Shown here piece by piece: positions 46,154-62,004 of a stretch of 64,000 bases of DNA (positions are counted from its first letter, which is position 1; each line of letters opens with the position of its first letter). Under the pieces are notes generated by a model. The model was not told where the DNA came from. It ran no database searches and worked only from the letters and a program-made list of their open reading frames with translations. A program made the translations under genes and the position numbers. Where the stretch lies: the NCBI RefSeq assembly GCF_009914755.1, contig NC_060932.1, one strand, 5' to 3'. Origin of the DNA: the human T2T-CHM13v2.0 reference genome, Homo sapiens.

Positions 46154-46752
46154 GCGCCGGGGAGCCCAGGTTCCAGCCTGGGGGCGGCTCTAAGTTCAGG
46201 GTCAGTCCCATCATTCCACAGGGCTGAGAATTAGTGAGCTTGCAGCCCCAGCCGCTCCTGCAGCCAAGCCTGAACGTGAAATACGCTGAACTCCGTCACA
46301 CGCCTATTTCGCTAGCTCACCGCAGAACGGCTTTATTATGAGAGTCAACAGGATGTCGGTGTGATGATGATGTCCACAAAGAACGGCTTTTTGCAATGTA
46401 GAATTACGGCTCAATGTTACCATGAATTAAGTGAGAGAAGGTGGCCGTGGAACATTTATTTCAAGACGAAGTCAAAACTAAGCCAGACTAAGCTTTTCGC
46501 TGACAGTCACTGAAAATAAATGACTACAAATCCTGAACGTTTTTGATAACCTTACGAAATTCACCTTAGGCTTTTGTCCACCTAACTCCATTATTCAGAT
46601 TTGTCACATGACTCCCTACTGCTGGAGCAAAAAATATATGTGTATTGACCTCAAAACTCTTAAGACATTTGAGAATGGAACGTTGGGTCTGATGATCTAA
46701 CTGGAACTTTATCATTCATTCTGCAAGGGCTGTTACTTAAAACAAACAAACA

Positions 46753-47075
46753 GGCCACTCACGGTGGCTCACGCCTGTAATCCCAGCACTTTGGAAGGCT
46801 GAGGCAGGCAGATCCACTTGAGGTCAGGAGTTCAAGGCCAGCCTGGCCAACGTGGTGAAACCCTGTATCTACTAAAAATACAAAAATTAACTGGGCGTGG
46901 TGGCACATGCCTGTAGTCCCAGCTACTCGGGAGGCTGAGGCATGAGAATCACGAACCCGGGAGGCAGAGGTTGCAGTGAGCCGAGATTATGTCACTGCAC
47001 TCCACCCTGGGTGACAGAGCAAGACTCCATCTACAAAACAAACAAAAAGAACAAATGACAACAACAACAACAAAA
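46753..47075 (+). mobile_element. AluS
   Basis: Full dimer with an (AAC)n tail. Confidence 0.95.
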
Positions 47076-47554
47076 CTAACAACTAAGATTGATCCCTTTT
47101 TCTTCACTGTTCCTAGAAGTTCTAGGGGTAAGAGGGGAAGACAGGGATCTCACATTCCATGGATGACGTTGTTGCCCTTGGGAAGCCTCCAAGGTCACCA
47201 GATGAAGGCAAGATCTCCTTAGATGATTTTATGGCTTTGGCATAATTACTGTAAAACTATCAACAAAAGCAAGCTTGACCCTCCTCAGGGTGCAGTGTGC
47301 ATTTGCCTTTGGGATGAACCAGGTGAGGCAGTATCGGGGAGGGAGGACGGGGTACAGGTGCCGCCCTTCTTCCCTGGTCCCAGTCAACAACAGACCCCTG
47401 ACTGCAGACGATGACTCCATCCTCTCGGGAGGGACCTGGGGGACTCAGCTTGAGAAACCAGAAAAGCCAAAAGGAGGCTCCTACCACATGGGTGAGACAG
47501 CTCACATCCACTGCCTTTGTAGATATGCATGGGAATTCCATGACCTAGCCAGAC

Positions 47555-47700
47555 GAATGATCATATCCCTGTTTTACAGAAAAGGAAACTGAGTCTCAGA
47601 AAGATTAGGTCATTTATCTTTGGTCACAGGATTAGCTGGAAAAAGAACCTGGAAGAGAACCCAGGTCTCACATCCCACGTCGCTTTCCACAGTTCTTTGC
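47555..47700 (-). mobile_element. MIR
   Basis: ctgttttacagaaaaggaaactgagtctcagaaagattagg...ggtcacag...gaacccaggtct. Confidence 0.8.
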
Positions 47701-48578
47701 TTTGCCCTCAAAGGCACAGTGAGCCAAAAAAGTACATGTCTTCAGTACTTGGCCAAACTTCAGGTATAAGAAAAAAAAGAAACAACAACAACAAAGACGA
47801 AGAAAGAACAAATCTCCCTTCTTTTCTCTAAATGCTCTATCTTTTAAAGTAACTTAAAGACAAAGCATCCCTTTGAATCTAAGACTTTAGGGTCTGAAAG
47901 ATATCCTTAATTGGTCTTGGTTGTTTGTCTTTTTGTTTGTTTGTGTTCCCTTATTTCAGTTTAAAGGGCACACTAAGAACAAAATTCCATATGGTTTATT
48001 CTGTTCCCAATCTCATCTTCCCCCTCTTTCCCTTCCCCAACCCCAGCCTTGCCAATTTGTAGACAAATCAGAAAAATCCCCAACGGGCTGAAAACCTGTC
48101 CATGGTTCACTCCAGCTGGAAAGAATTGCGTTCCACCAAGATTCAGATCCCATTTATAATGGAAACCCTGACAGGCAAAGTTGTAATTACGGTTGTGCCA
48201 TAATGAATGTATCTGTGTGGTCAAAGTAGTGGATTTTTCCATGGTATTTTTCCATGGAAGATTTCCTCCCTGAGAGATGTTAACTTAAAATCTGGATGGT
48301 AGCTTTGACTTTAGAGTAGGATCACTCCTGGCATTGCTATAGCTTGAAGTTAACTATTATATAGACTTTGGTAGTCATGATTAGCAAGCGGGATGTTAGT
48401 CAAATTGATATTTTGCAGGACTGATGGCAGTTGGGGGGTTGGGGTTTGGTGGTGTAGGAGCTAACTTAGGTAAGCTTGTATTGCCTTTCAGATTTTTTTA
48501 ACCAGGAAATACTGTCTTTCTTTTCTGACATGATGTCTAATACGAAAGTAGAAAGGCTGAATATGGCTAACTGGTATT

Positions 48579-48689
48579 AGGGTGACCAACCATCCCAACT
48601 GGCCTGGGACCATCCAGTTTTGGCACTAAAATCTCATAAGCCAGGAAATCCCTCCATCCTGGGGAAGGCAGGACAGTTGGCCATCCCAC
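48579..48689. mobile_element. MER94-like hAT-Blackjack element
   Basis: agggtgaccaaccatccc...gggac...ggacagttggccatcc terminal inverted repeats. Confidence 0.7.
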
Positions 48690-48732
48690 ATCCTATGGAA
48701 AATAGAATCAAAGTTAGGAGGACAGCCGAGTA

Positions 48733-48772
48733 TTATGTTGGTGTGAAAGTAATTGTGGTTTTTGCTGTTATA
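48733..48772. mobile_element. Half Made1
   Basis: ttatgttggtgtgaaagtaattgtggtttttgctgtta is one Made1 TIR. Confidence 0.7.
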
Positions 48773-51480
48773 ACAGTCCGTGTTAAAGAGAGCAAGCGGA
48801 CTTGAGTTTTCAAGTAAAATTCTTTCTTGGTGCTTCGAAAATCCTACTTAGTGTCAGCGGCATTAGCTTGAGAGCTGACTCAGGAAAGGGCTCAGAAGGA
48901 ATGTGAAAATCCCTGCTTGGTATGGCAGAATGTCATATGGAAAACCAGACAAGTCATTGTTCTGCCCAACAATTTCATGGGTTAACCCATCCTCTGGCCA
49001 TTTGGAGGCATGAAGAGAATGAGACATTTCACGGGTATCAGGCCCTCCCCAGAGGCTACTGCTGAGGGTTTTTCTTCTGCAAGCCCTACCTAATAGGCCC
49101 TTGGCTGTTCTTCCAAAACCTCTTCTCTATGCTGAAAAGGAAAGGGCGCAGGAAAGAAGGAATGTGGGGGCTGATTTGTGGAGCTCCAGCTTCCTGTCCA
49201 GGCCCCACATCCTGCCTCACTCAAGGGGCCTTGCCTTCTGGATCTTCTCCTTTTATGAAGCTCTCAGATTGCTCTGGTTGCCTTTCCAAGTACTGTGAAA
49301 ATGGCCGACTTTTAGGAATTGGGGGACTGGGTGAGGTTAAAAGAAAGGAAGGAATACAGAATCAAAACGAAGGCAAGAATAGGGCAATGGCCAAAAACAC
49401 CAGCTGATGAACTTGACAACTCTGTAGAGTGGCAGGAGAACATCTCTATCAATTTAAAAATGTAAGTCAAATAGATTTCTACAAACAGACCCTTCAGGAC
49501 ATACATATTGAATCTATTTGTGGATTTATAAATCCTGACCTTCAGGGTATGTATAGAATCCACTTCTGGATCTGGGCCTTCGGTGACTGTGTTGTGAGCC
49601 ATTTCTGCGGCTGTAATTTCTATTGCTATGAGTTCCAGGGGCATAAGATGGAGGAAAAGGGCAGACATGGAGCTACTGACCTTGTGTGACAGAACATTCT
49701 CCCATCTCACCCACCGCCATGGAAGGAGTGTGCTTCCTGCCCCATGGGAGCTGGGCTTGTCGAGGCCATGCATGAGGCAGGATGGCAGAGTTTCCACTCG
49801 CCCCTCGGGGAACTTCCAACCTCTGCCTCCAGTCTGGCCACTGCCCCGAAGCCTGGGATGTGCGCAGAGGTGACTGGAGCCACAGCCCCATTAGATGACA
49901 TGCAGACCCCAGTGGAAAATGCGTGCTCGCTGTTTTACGCCCATGAGCTTTTATGCTGTTCAATCTGCTGTTTATGCTGTTAATAGATCCATCTTTAAAA
50001 AGTGAACATAATTCAATTAGGAGGTGTAGCTGGTTCTTCTTCAGTCGCGCTGCTCCTATAGGATAACTGCAAAAGGGTCTCAAAATTATATTTTTTTTCT
50101 AGGCTTTCTTCTGTTGTCATAGGGAGACAGAAGATGTAAAATTTCCGTTCCTTCTTTTCTGCTTCTTAATAGAAGTGTCTAAAGGAGTTATGTTGCGTGC
50201 GCCTGCAAAGGGCACAGAAAGACAATCACCAGCAGTCCAGAATCCAAGTCCTAGATACATAAAATAGTTTTATTTTCATATGCATGAAGAGAGAGGAAAC
50301 TGTGAGAAGTGGACACACAAATTTTAAAAGGCCACAGTTTGGGGGCCATTTGGTGCAGGGGCCAAGTGCTTGGCGGCGAGTAAGACAAGTCCCCGAGGCA
50401 TCTCAGCACGGTAGCAGTGCCAGTTGTCTTCAGTTCTCCCCTCCAGACTGACTCTTTGCCCTGCCCCGGGCCATGGGAGCTGGTTTTTATAGACTGCCTG
50501 GAGACTCCACGTCTTTGGTTAGGTCTGGCCGATGCTGGTGGCCCTAGCAGAAGGGCAGGGCAGGTATCTTCTCCTGCCAGGTCCCTGGGGGTTGGCTGCA
50601 GTCCTTACCAACAGCACCGCCCAGACCCGGGGGACCAAGGGCGGCGAGCACTCTCTCTGGGGGTCGACAGCAGCCCCACGCCCGCCCTCAGGGATGCAGG
50701 CGGAGCGCTCTGCCATTCCTCCTGGGTTTCCTAACTCTACCCCACACTTTGTAAACAGCTCCTCTGAGCAGGAAAGAGAGAAGCGGCCATGTTCTGAGAT
50801 GTCAGAGTTCTCCGCTACAGAGGACAGGGGAGGGAGTGAAAATGTTTCCACAAAGACCGGCCTACAAAATGGGTGTTCAGAAGCTTTGCTTCTGGAGGTA
50901 AAATCCTGAGTCATTCAGAAAAGCCTGGAAATCGAATTCCACGGTAAGAGTGCTTGCCATGAGCCATTTATCAAGCAGGGTCTCAAGGGGACAGAGAGTT
51001 GAACAAAATTTCCTGCCCTAAGGAGCTTATAATCGGTATGGAAACATTCATTGAAATCGAGCCTAATTTTCCACAGGTCCTGGATAGCAGAGGTTCCCTG
51101 CTTTTGGTGGAGACAGCGGTGCAGTGCAGTCTGTGGTGTAGGGCATAAGAGGGGTACCTGCACGGGACAAGAGGGGGGTGACGTGGACTTAAAAAATGAA
51201 GAGAGGCGACCTGGTAGCTGCCGCAGCAGACGGAGGATCAGTGCTCTGAGGGGAAATGCCATTGTGAAGCTGTGGGTGACGGCCACCTCCTGAGGAAGAG
51301 GCATCAGAGGAGGAGACAGAGACAGGAGAAGACTGCAGCCCAGGAGAACGGCCCACAAGTTCCCTGGTGTTTGCTTGAGGATGGATCTCCGCGGCACCAA
51401 GTCAGGGCAGCCACGGCGCACGAGTGGAGGGAGGAGTCCCTGAGGCGAGGAGCGATCTTTCAGGGCGCACAGTTTTATGG

Positions 51481-51700
51481 CGGGGGAGGCTGGAAAGGAC
51501 CTAGTGGGGGTGGGGGATGCGGGGTGAGTGGATGGGACAAGAGTGAGTGCGGGGGGATGGAGGGTGAGAGGGTGAGGATGGGGGGTAAGTGGGTGGGAAT
51601 GGGGGTGAGTGGGTGTGAAGGGTGGGGATGGAGGGTGGTTGGTTGGGAAAGAAGGGCGAGTCTGGTGGAAATGGAGGGTGAATCTGGTGGAAATACGGGG
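51481..51700 (+). repeat. G-rich low-complexity tract with G-quadruplex potential
   Basis: More than 15 runs of G3 or longer in (GGGT/GAGT/GGAT)-like repeats. Confidence 0.85.
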
Positions 51701-52160
51701 AGAATCTGCGTCCTGCTCACTGTGGACTTGGAGAGTTCTCCCACGAGTATGGCTTTGCCTCCCATACTCCCTGTGTCAGGGAAAGGAGGAGGTCGTACCT
51801 CTGTCGGGACAGACGTGGTGACTCAAGCGGGAGCTTCTCACGCACTGGACGTGGCACAGCCTGGGCAGCGCCGGCCCCTGTCCTTCCTGCGGACCTGTGA
51901 GGAGCATCCGGCTATCTGCACTGGCTCAGCCTCGCCCCCGGGCAGGTGGGTCACGGTTGTGTGACCTTGGGCTTCTGTGATAGACATGGCTGTTTCCGCT
52001 GTCTCCGGACATCAGTGTACGCTGTGGACAAATGCAGCCGGTCTACGTGAGGTCCGCTCTGCACTAAGGACGGGATGGGCTGAAATGCAAACTCGGGTCC
52101 AGACATAGCTGGAAGATGAGTGACCCGCCGCTGGGACTCAGGAAAAGCTACTGTTTTGGT

Positions 52161-52721
52161 TGTGATCCAATAGATAATATTTAGGCTACCAAACATCTAT
52201 AAAACTACCACTAATATGATGAAGAAAAGAGCAGTCCCGGAACTCTGGGACCTGGTCCGATGCTTAAGGCCGGCCCTGGTGTTCTCCTGTTGGCCACAAA
52301 GCTTCTCACAGGACACCTCTGTGAGAAGCCTCTGACGTGGCCACTGGAGACCGTGACACAGCAAGACCAAAGGTCACCATGCAACCACAAAACACCAGGC
52401 TCCCCCTTTCCCACTAAGTGAGTGATGACTGCTTCTTTACCCATGGCAGCTTTATGCTTGCTCGACTCCCTCCCTACAGATGCAACTGACTGCAATACCG
52501 GGTCACAGCATTGCCCCCAAACCTGAGTAGACCCGGCTTCCCTAGACTCACCCAGATTCACCCAGCAAAGCCCAAATCCTGTAACTCCTTTCCAATCTCC
52601 TTTCACTGAGCGGCCCCGCAGTCCCCCACGGTGTGCGTGCTTCTTTGCCGAGAAGAGTCATAAACCCAACTGGTTCAGTTACAGGGGGTTCCTGGTGGTC
52701 TTTGTCTGAAGGGCATTAGCA
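52161..52721 (+). mobile_element. MER77-like (MER21 group) LTR
   Basis: tgtgatcc...aagcccaaatcctgtaa...ataaacccaact...ttcctggtggtctttgtctgaagggcattagca. Confidence 0.65.
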
Positions 52722-53096
52722 CAGCTGTCTCCAGATGTCATGGTCGTGCTCTATGGGCCCAGCCATAAAGATCCAGATGGGGGCTAGTGAGGTCCAAAGC
52801 ACCATCCAGTCCCTTCTCCCCAAGACAGCAGTCAGTATTCAGTCCTGGGAGCTGGTGACAAGGAGAAGGCCCTTCTTCCATCCCCACTGAGGTCCTCTGT
52901 GTCCTTCCACAGGCAGAGGCATGAGTTCTCCTGGGGTGAAGCGTCATGGATACTCAAGGCTGGTTATTGTGGATAATTGCAAAACCTGACCCATAGAGGC
53001 TCCACGAGAGCAGGGAGCCGACATGCTCGTCTTCAGGTCTCCCGATGCACTGGTTTTCATTCTCTGGTTCTTCCTTTCTTCTCAATAGTGAAAGTG

Positions 53097-53258
53097 GGCT
53101 GGGCACAGTGGCTCATGACTGCAATCCCAGCACATTGGGAGGCTGAGGTGGGTGGATCACCTGAGGTCAGGAGTTCGAGACCAGCCTGGCCAAAATGATG
53201 AAACGCCATCTCTACCAAAAAACAAACAAACAAACAAAAACAAAAAACAAAAAAAAAA
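53097..53258 (+). mobile_element. Alu left monomer with A-rich tail
   Basis: ggctgggcacagtggctcatg...tctctacc followed by (AAAC)n. Confidence 0.9.
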
Positions 53259-53772
53259 TGGAAAATGTCCTGGAACAGACTTGAAGTCTCCAGCTGCTGT
53301 GGCTCCTTGCTGCCCATGCGCAGCCACTGAAGCTCCAGGTCAGGACCTGGAAAGTCACTTTCAGCTGCATCTTCTAGTCCTCGAGGTTCCTTCTTAGTCA
53401 TTTCACTAAGGGGCTCTTCTGGCTTTATGCACTTGTCTGCAGGGACAGCCTTGTCCACCTTTGGGTAACTCTGTCTTAAAGAACCTGTCTGGAGCCCTAA
53501 GGAGTTTCTTCATGGCTCATAAGAAACTGCAGGAAGAAAATAGAATCTCTCGCTACAGAACAGTGTCAGGTCCCTGAAGATGACAATCATGTCCTTGTTA
53601 AGCTGACCTTCTGTGGGTTCCTGCAGCCGTCTCAGAGGGGACTCCATAAAGCTCTCACCTGCTTCTCCCACTGACGCCGTGAGCACCTGTCACATTTCTT
53701 CTGTGTAGCTCTGTGATCCTAATGACTAGCATTTGATAGGTGCTCAGCAGGCATTTTTGAATTAAGTGTCCA

Positions 53773-53778
53773 TTTATT
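53773..53778 (-). terminator. Probable XKR5 poly(A) signal
   Basis: First AATAAA/ATTAAA I found on the minus strand downstream of the XKR5 stop codon. Confidence 0.5.
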
Positions 53779-54536
53779 AGTCTTCTCTAATAAATATAGT
53801 GTATATTTTCTGATCCTTTTCATCACCGGGCAATATGCTTTCTGGAGGCATGAAGTGAGGAAGCCATCTGAGAAGCCGATGTTGGTCCACAGGGCCTCGA
53901 ACAGCAAGTACATGCCTTGATTTCTGCATACTCAGTGCCTGTCATACTCAACTAATATTCCTTAAATGAATGAATGAATGAAGAGTATTTCTAGCTTTCC
54001 AGGCTATTCAAGGGCTAGAAAGTTTGAAAAGAATGAGCAAATTCCCCATATCCCACCCTTACTTTTACCCCATAACACAAATGCCGTTGATCCAGGATAT
54101 GCACTCAAGCTGAAATTCATGCCCACAGCCCCGCTCGTTAGTGAATTCATGCTGTTGAATGCTCTAACGCCTACTTTTGCTGGACACTCTGCTGGACCTT
54201 GGAGTTAGCCCAGAAGGAGGACTGCAACCCTTAATTAGCCTTCAGGGAGGCAGGGCTTCAAGTTTAGGAAGAGGTCACCAGAGGGCAAAGGGCAGTGGAA
54301 TACAACCTGGGGACAGAGGGTAGGTCTGGGAGAGCTGGAGCTGGGGAGGGCCCAGGAAGGCACCAAGAGGAGATGTTTGAGTGGAGTCTTGGAGGACAAA
54401 TGGGGAGGGCTGGTGAGGACTCAGGGAAGTGCTCATGCTCTCACCTGGCTGGGCGAGAGACTGCATGGAGGAAGGACTGAGATGCTGGGATAGCACAGTG
54501 AATGGAACTATGAATGATTTTGTTCTATTAACAAGC

Positions 54537-54825
54537 TTTTTTTTTAGATAGAGTCTTGCTCTGTCGCCCAGGCTGGAGTGCCATGGTACGATCTCAGCTC
54601 ACTGCAACCTCTGCCTCCCAGTTCAACTGATTCTCGTGCCTCAGCCTCTCGAGCAGCTGGGACTACAGGTGTGTGCCACCACACCAGGATAATTTATGTA
54701 TTTTTAGTAGTGATGGGGTCTCACTACATTGCCCAGGCTGGTCTCGAACTTCTGGCCTCAAGTGATCTTCCCGCCTCAGCCTCTCAAAGTGCTGGGATTA
54801 CCGGTGTGAGCCCCTGCATCCGACC
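54537..54825 (-). mobile_element. Alu (J/S)
   Basis: Full antisense dimer. Confidence 0.94.
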
Positions 54826-54892
54826 CAAAGTCTCGTTATCTTCACCTGTTGTATGGAAAGTTTGTAGCCACTTGTCTGCATCCCCGATTGGC

Positions 54893-55885
<993 letters not shown>

Positions 55886-56434
55886 ATATGGGAATCTTAG
55901 AATGACATTTGCACTTTCAGTTATGTTAGTTATTACAAGCACACAGGCCTTACCTACTCCCAGAAAGCATGCAAATTATCTTACCAAGAGATTTCATAAC
56001 ATAATACAGTTAGAATATATTAAAATGAGATTCATAACCGCTAAATGTGAGGCAAAGCTAATTGTAACAAGAACCTCAAATAAAATAGGAATCTGGGTTT
56101 TACCTTTGTGTTTCCTAGAAGCCACAGCAAAAAGATAAAATAAGGGAACCTACAGCTCATAAAAGGTAGCAGACAATTTTGACTGGAATCTCTTTCTCCT
56201 CCTCTAAAGTATGTTAGAGTCTCTCCTATGCATGGGTGGGGTCTGTGATGTTTGCATTGGACCTGCAAAATCATCCAGCCCTGTTTCTTCATTTTTCAGG
56301 GATGCAGATGGAGATTCAGAGGTGACAGTGATGTGCCCAAGGACACAGGTGTCAGAAGTGGGATTTCCTTTCTCACGGTACCAAATGGCCAGCTTGGTTT
56401 GTCAGCCTGTTGTCTTATCCCACCATGACTGTGG

Positions 56435-57712
<1,278 letters not shown>

Positions 57713-57858
57713 TCAGAACTGGATATTTCGGGGGAATTTAAGTAGGTTCCAGCTTCTGTAAGCTGTAAATGTTTCTAAAGTTAAACATGAATAACAAGGC
57801 TTAAATCCGATTGATTCTATGCTTTTGTCTTGAGGGCAGCTCCAGTTCAGTCATCTAC

Positions 57859-57904
57859 GTGTGTGTGTGTGAGTGTGCATTCATGCATGTGTGTGTGCGT
57901 GTGT
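57859..57904. repeat. Degenerate (TG)n
   Basis: gtgtgtgtgtgtgagtgtgcattcatgcatgtgtgtgtgcgtgtgt. Confidence 0.85.
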
Positions 57905-58942
57905 ACACACAGGTACAAAATGTTTGGCAGAAATAAGCATTCTACTTTCAAGTAACTGGACCATACACTGCAAATTCGACTGTCAATACAGTGGTTGATG
58001 GGTTACAAAGCTGGGGGAAGGGAGGGCATTAAGAAATAACCTCAAAAACAAGTAAGACCTAAACAGAGCTTAATCAGATTCATCAAAAACCCCATATCAA
58101 GGAATTTCCATGAACAACAACAACACTTCCTTTGTGCATAAACATCTTAATCACATTGTTGTCAGTTTAATTTATTTTGATCAGAAGTGTTGACTGCTGC
58201 AATAATTTCTTTAACAGAGCATTCCAGTAAGCCTCCCACGTTATTTCCAGTTTCCTGTTGTACTGGATAAAGTGCCTGGTTTCAGGGTGCTCATTATAAA
58301 CAGCACAAAACCTGAAGTAATGCCTGAGAAGGCCAGGAGATTGCAGCATGACAGAGCTAGAAAGACTGCCTGAAGGACATCCCCAGCCCCAAATCCTCTC
58401 TTGTGTCTTGGGGGACTGGGAGACCCAGATCAAGCAGCTGGTTAGTGGCCAGGCTCCAACCTTGGAAAGGGAGGTGGACTTTCTCCATGTTCAGTGCCAC
58501 CTCTGCAGTAGGTCCTGCTCAGCCAGTTTCTGCACTGTTTTGAATTCTCACAATTGCCTGGTGAGGGACATATTGTCACCCTTCTTTTACAAGCAGCCAC
58601 CCAAGGCCAGGAAAGATGAACAAAGGCCCCTGATCACAGAAGTCCTGGGCACACTTATTCAGTGAACACAATCTTTCCAGAGGCCATGTGGTTTGAGGGT
58701 TCTTGGTGGCATCCCCAGGCTGGCACGCAGTTGGTACTCAGTGAATATTGGTCCCAGGATGGAAGGAAAAGGGGAGGAGCCTGGATGCAAGCTTGTGCTC
58801 CTTGGACTACAATTTGGGTTCAATCTTCCTGCCTAGGATTCCCAAGGGTCGGCTGGGAGTCAGGGGTTTGGCAGCTCCATCAGAGGCCGGAGGAGGAGCG
58901 GCAGACAAGGCTCTGAGCCGGTGGCCACCTGGGTGCTGAGTG

Positions 58943-59004
58943 CTGCCCGTGGCTATGGGCTCCCTACTCACTGCCCGTGGCTATGGACTCCCTACTCACT
59001 GCCC
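58943..59004 (+). repeat. 28-bp tandem repeat, ~2.2 copies
   Basis: ctgcccgtggctatgg(g/a)ctccctactca twice, then ctgccc. Confidence 0.92.
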
Positions 59005-59469
59005 TCCAGCTGTGCCGTGGGCCAGCATACTGGCTGTGAAAATGTCTTCTCACTGGAGTGGAACTGGAAGGAAACCAGGCATCCACTCTCAGGAGTGTGA
59101 CAGGTTTTCGGAGTGGTGTAGGACATCTTTTCTGAGTCAGTGTTAAAATCCAGAAAGTAGATGAGGGGACATTTTCCCTCCCACCACACTGCCCCCAGGA
59201 CTCAGCTATACCTCCCGTGAACTGGAAAATCCAGATGAGTTGTTAGACCTCCCGGCCGGCAAGGCCCCTTCATTCCAAGTATCACATGGCCCCTCCCTGA
59301 AGGAAGGATTGCTTGAAATATGCCAGGAACACCCAGACCACGATGCAATGTGGTGAGAGTGGTGCTTCTCACCCGGGCAGCGCGATGTCCTCAGTTTCCC
59401 ATAGGCCATTTATCCACACACACAGCTTAGAAATCAATGCTCTGCGATTCAAATGATTATTTTAAAAAG

Positions 59470-59926
59470 GATGAACCAGATGCCCGTCCATGGGTCGACG
59501 ATGAAACAAGCTGTGGTCCGTCCAAACCATGGGATGCGACTCAGCCATCAAAAGCAAGGAGCAACCCGGGAGGCTCTCCGGAGAGCTCTGCCAAGTGAAC
59601 AAGACCGATCCCCAGGGTGCACACACTGTGTGGTACTTTCACAACGCATTCTCCAAGTGATAGAATAATAGAAACAGAGAACAGAATAATGGTTGCCAGG
59701 AGGGAAGGAGGTGGCAGGGGCGAGAGGAAGGGGGCCACATGAAGGGTCCTCGTGGTGATGGAAGGGTTCTCCCTGCACCTCGACGTACTACTTTGAGATC
59801 CTGGCTGTGATGTTGTGCCACCGTTTTGCGAGATATTACCACTGGGGGAAAACCTGGTAATGGGTACGGGGAGCTCTGTATTATTTCTTAAAACTACAAT
59901 TATCTAAAAAGTTTGATTTGAAAAAG
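59470..59926 (+). mobile_element. L1MD/MC-type 3' fragment
   Basis: aaacaagctgtggtccgtcca...gagaacagaataatggttgccagg...ttttgcgagatattaccactggggg. Confidence 0.75.
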
Positions 59927-60960
59927 AAGGGGTTGTCTCAGCTACCTGAAGCTGGAAGAAGTGAGGACCCGTGACGTCTCATGAAGAAGAACAGAGCTGA
60001 AACCCAGGGTGGCCTGTGGCTCTCAAATGCTTGTTACGAAGCCACAGTGTGTGACATTTCTCTGACCCGTGAACAGCCCCTGCATCTCACTAAGTGTTTG
60101 TGTCCAGGTCATTCCTTTCCCAGGTCCAGGCCACTCACACAGGCCACATCCAACCCCCGGCTGCTGTGAGCAAGAAAAGAACCCGAGGCCACTTCCAGGC
60201 ACCTCTTCAGGGTGTGGGTGACAGAGAGCAGGCTCTGGAGGGAGGGCAGGAGTTGTTGCAGAGGACTGGGGAATCTCTGTCCTGGCCCATGTTGCAGAAG
60301 CACGAGGCCCCACGTGAGAGGTGCAGGTGCTGGCTTTGACGGTCCCACCGCAGGCCTGAGAGTGACAGTGGTGGAAGCCTGCTGTGCTGGGAGAGGAGGC
60401 TGGTGTTCGCACCTTTCAAGTGGGGGGCGGAATCCCTGCGGAACTCATGCCAATCTGGGAAGCGAGGTCATCACCGTGGGTGTGACACAGACCTTGGGGC
60501 CATGCATTCATAAAACACGGCTGATGACAGTGCCAGGCCTGTGCTCAGGCCTGCACTGGAGCTGGGCTTGAATCTCAGCTCTATCTGTTACAAACCATTG
60601 GATCTTTCGGGGACTCAACCTCCTCTGTGCCTCACCTTCCTCTCCTCCTCTGCTAGGGCACCCACTTCCCGGGGTGCTTGTCTATGGGCTGCAGGGGGTG
60701 CCATGTCAGGAAGATGTGAGGAGCTCCCCTAGGTGGGAGGGGAGAGAGAAGTCACGTCCTCAACCCTGCAGGAAGCTCCGGGGAGGACGGGGGCTTTGGG
60801 GTAGAGAGGGATAGCCCCAGCTTTGCTTGAGGTTCCGAGCACAGTCAAGCAAGGCAGATGAGGCTGAGCTCAGTATCTCATGCTCTGATGGGCATGGCTC
60901 TGCCCCCCACATCGCAGTGAGCCTGGTTCCTTGGTCTCCAGTTAACCACATCTGAACTCA

Positions 60961-61188
<228 letters not shown>

Positions 61189-61637
61189 TCAGGTGCACAC
61201 TGCCTAGGGACCCCCGTCCCGTGAGTCTGCAGCGGCTCCCCCTCCCCTCCATCCTGAGTGCCCACTGGAGACTCCAGGCTGCTGAGGAGTACCCAGGAGC
61301 AGGGCTATGTCCCACTGAGACCTTCTCTGGCAAAGAGAGAGCCACCCTGTTCTCAGGGTGGCTCATTAAAGTGTCTGCAGAATCATAAAGGCCCAGGAAA
61401 TGTAAGGGCATCCCTCAAATGGCTGTGGGGCTGCCTTTAGAGAGTCATTATGGGCTGAGAGGGGACTTTTATTTTCTACTTTGCATATTTCTCCATCCTC
61501 ACACTAACTGCAGGCACTCATTAGTGTTAAAATGAAAGATAGCTGCAGAGCTCATGATGCCACTGAATTCCAGGGAGCTAGGGTCACAAACTTTCTAACA
61601 ACTTTAGGATTTTGTTTCCTTAAAATAATTGCTTTGC

Positions 61638-61654
61638 GGCCACCAGGTGGCAGC
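61638..61654 (+). promoter_or_regulatory. CTCF consensus site in an XKR5 intron
   Basis: GGCCACCAGGTGGCAGC, an exact match to the CTCF core. Confidence 0.75.
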
Positions 61655-61864
61655 CGGAGACGGGAGCTCGCAGGCTGACAAAGGAGCCTGGCCCCGTGGC
61701 TGCAGCTGGTCAAAATGGCAGATGGTCCAGAAGGCTCTTTGTACGCCCATCTGGGTCAGCTTATTAACTTTGCTTTCCAATTTTTAAATATAAAAAGATA
61801 CGTCTTCATTAAAATAAGTAAACAAATGACATAATTCAAAGACGATATATTTAAATACTGTGTG

Positions 61865-62004
61865 TTTTATATTTAATATATATTTTAATTTATTTTTATT
61901 TAATTAAATAATTATTTAATTTAATTAAAAATAATTTAATTTTATTTAATTAAAATATAATTAATATATATTTTAATATATTTAATATATATTTATATTA
62001 AATA
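61865..62004. repeat. 140-bp pure A/T tract
   Basis: No G or C from 61865 to 62004; overlapped at each end by ttaaatactgtgt(g/a)ttttat direct repeats. Confidence 0.95.

Noticed and set aside
51272-51964. 230-aa ORF
   Set aside because: Stays open because of the G-rich low-complexity tract; GTG start; no domain.
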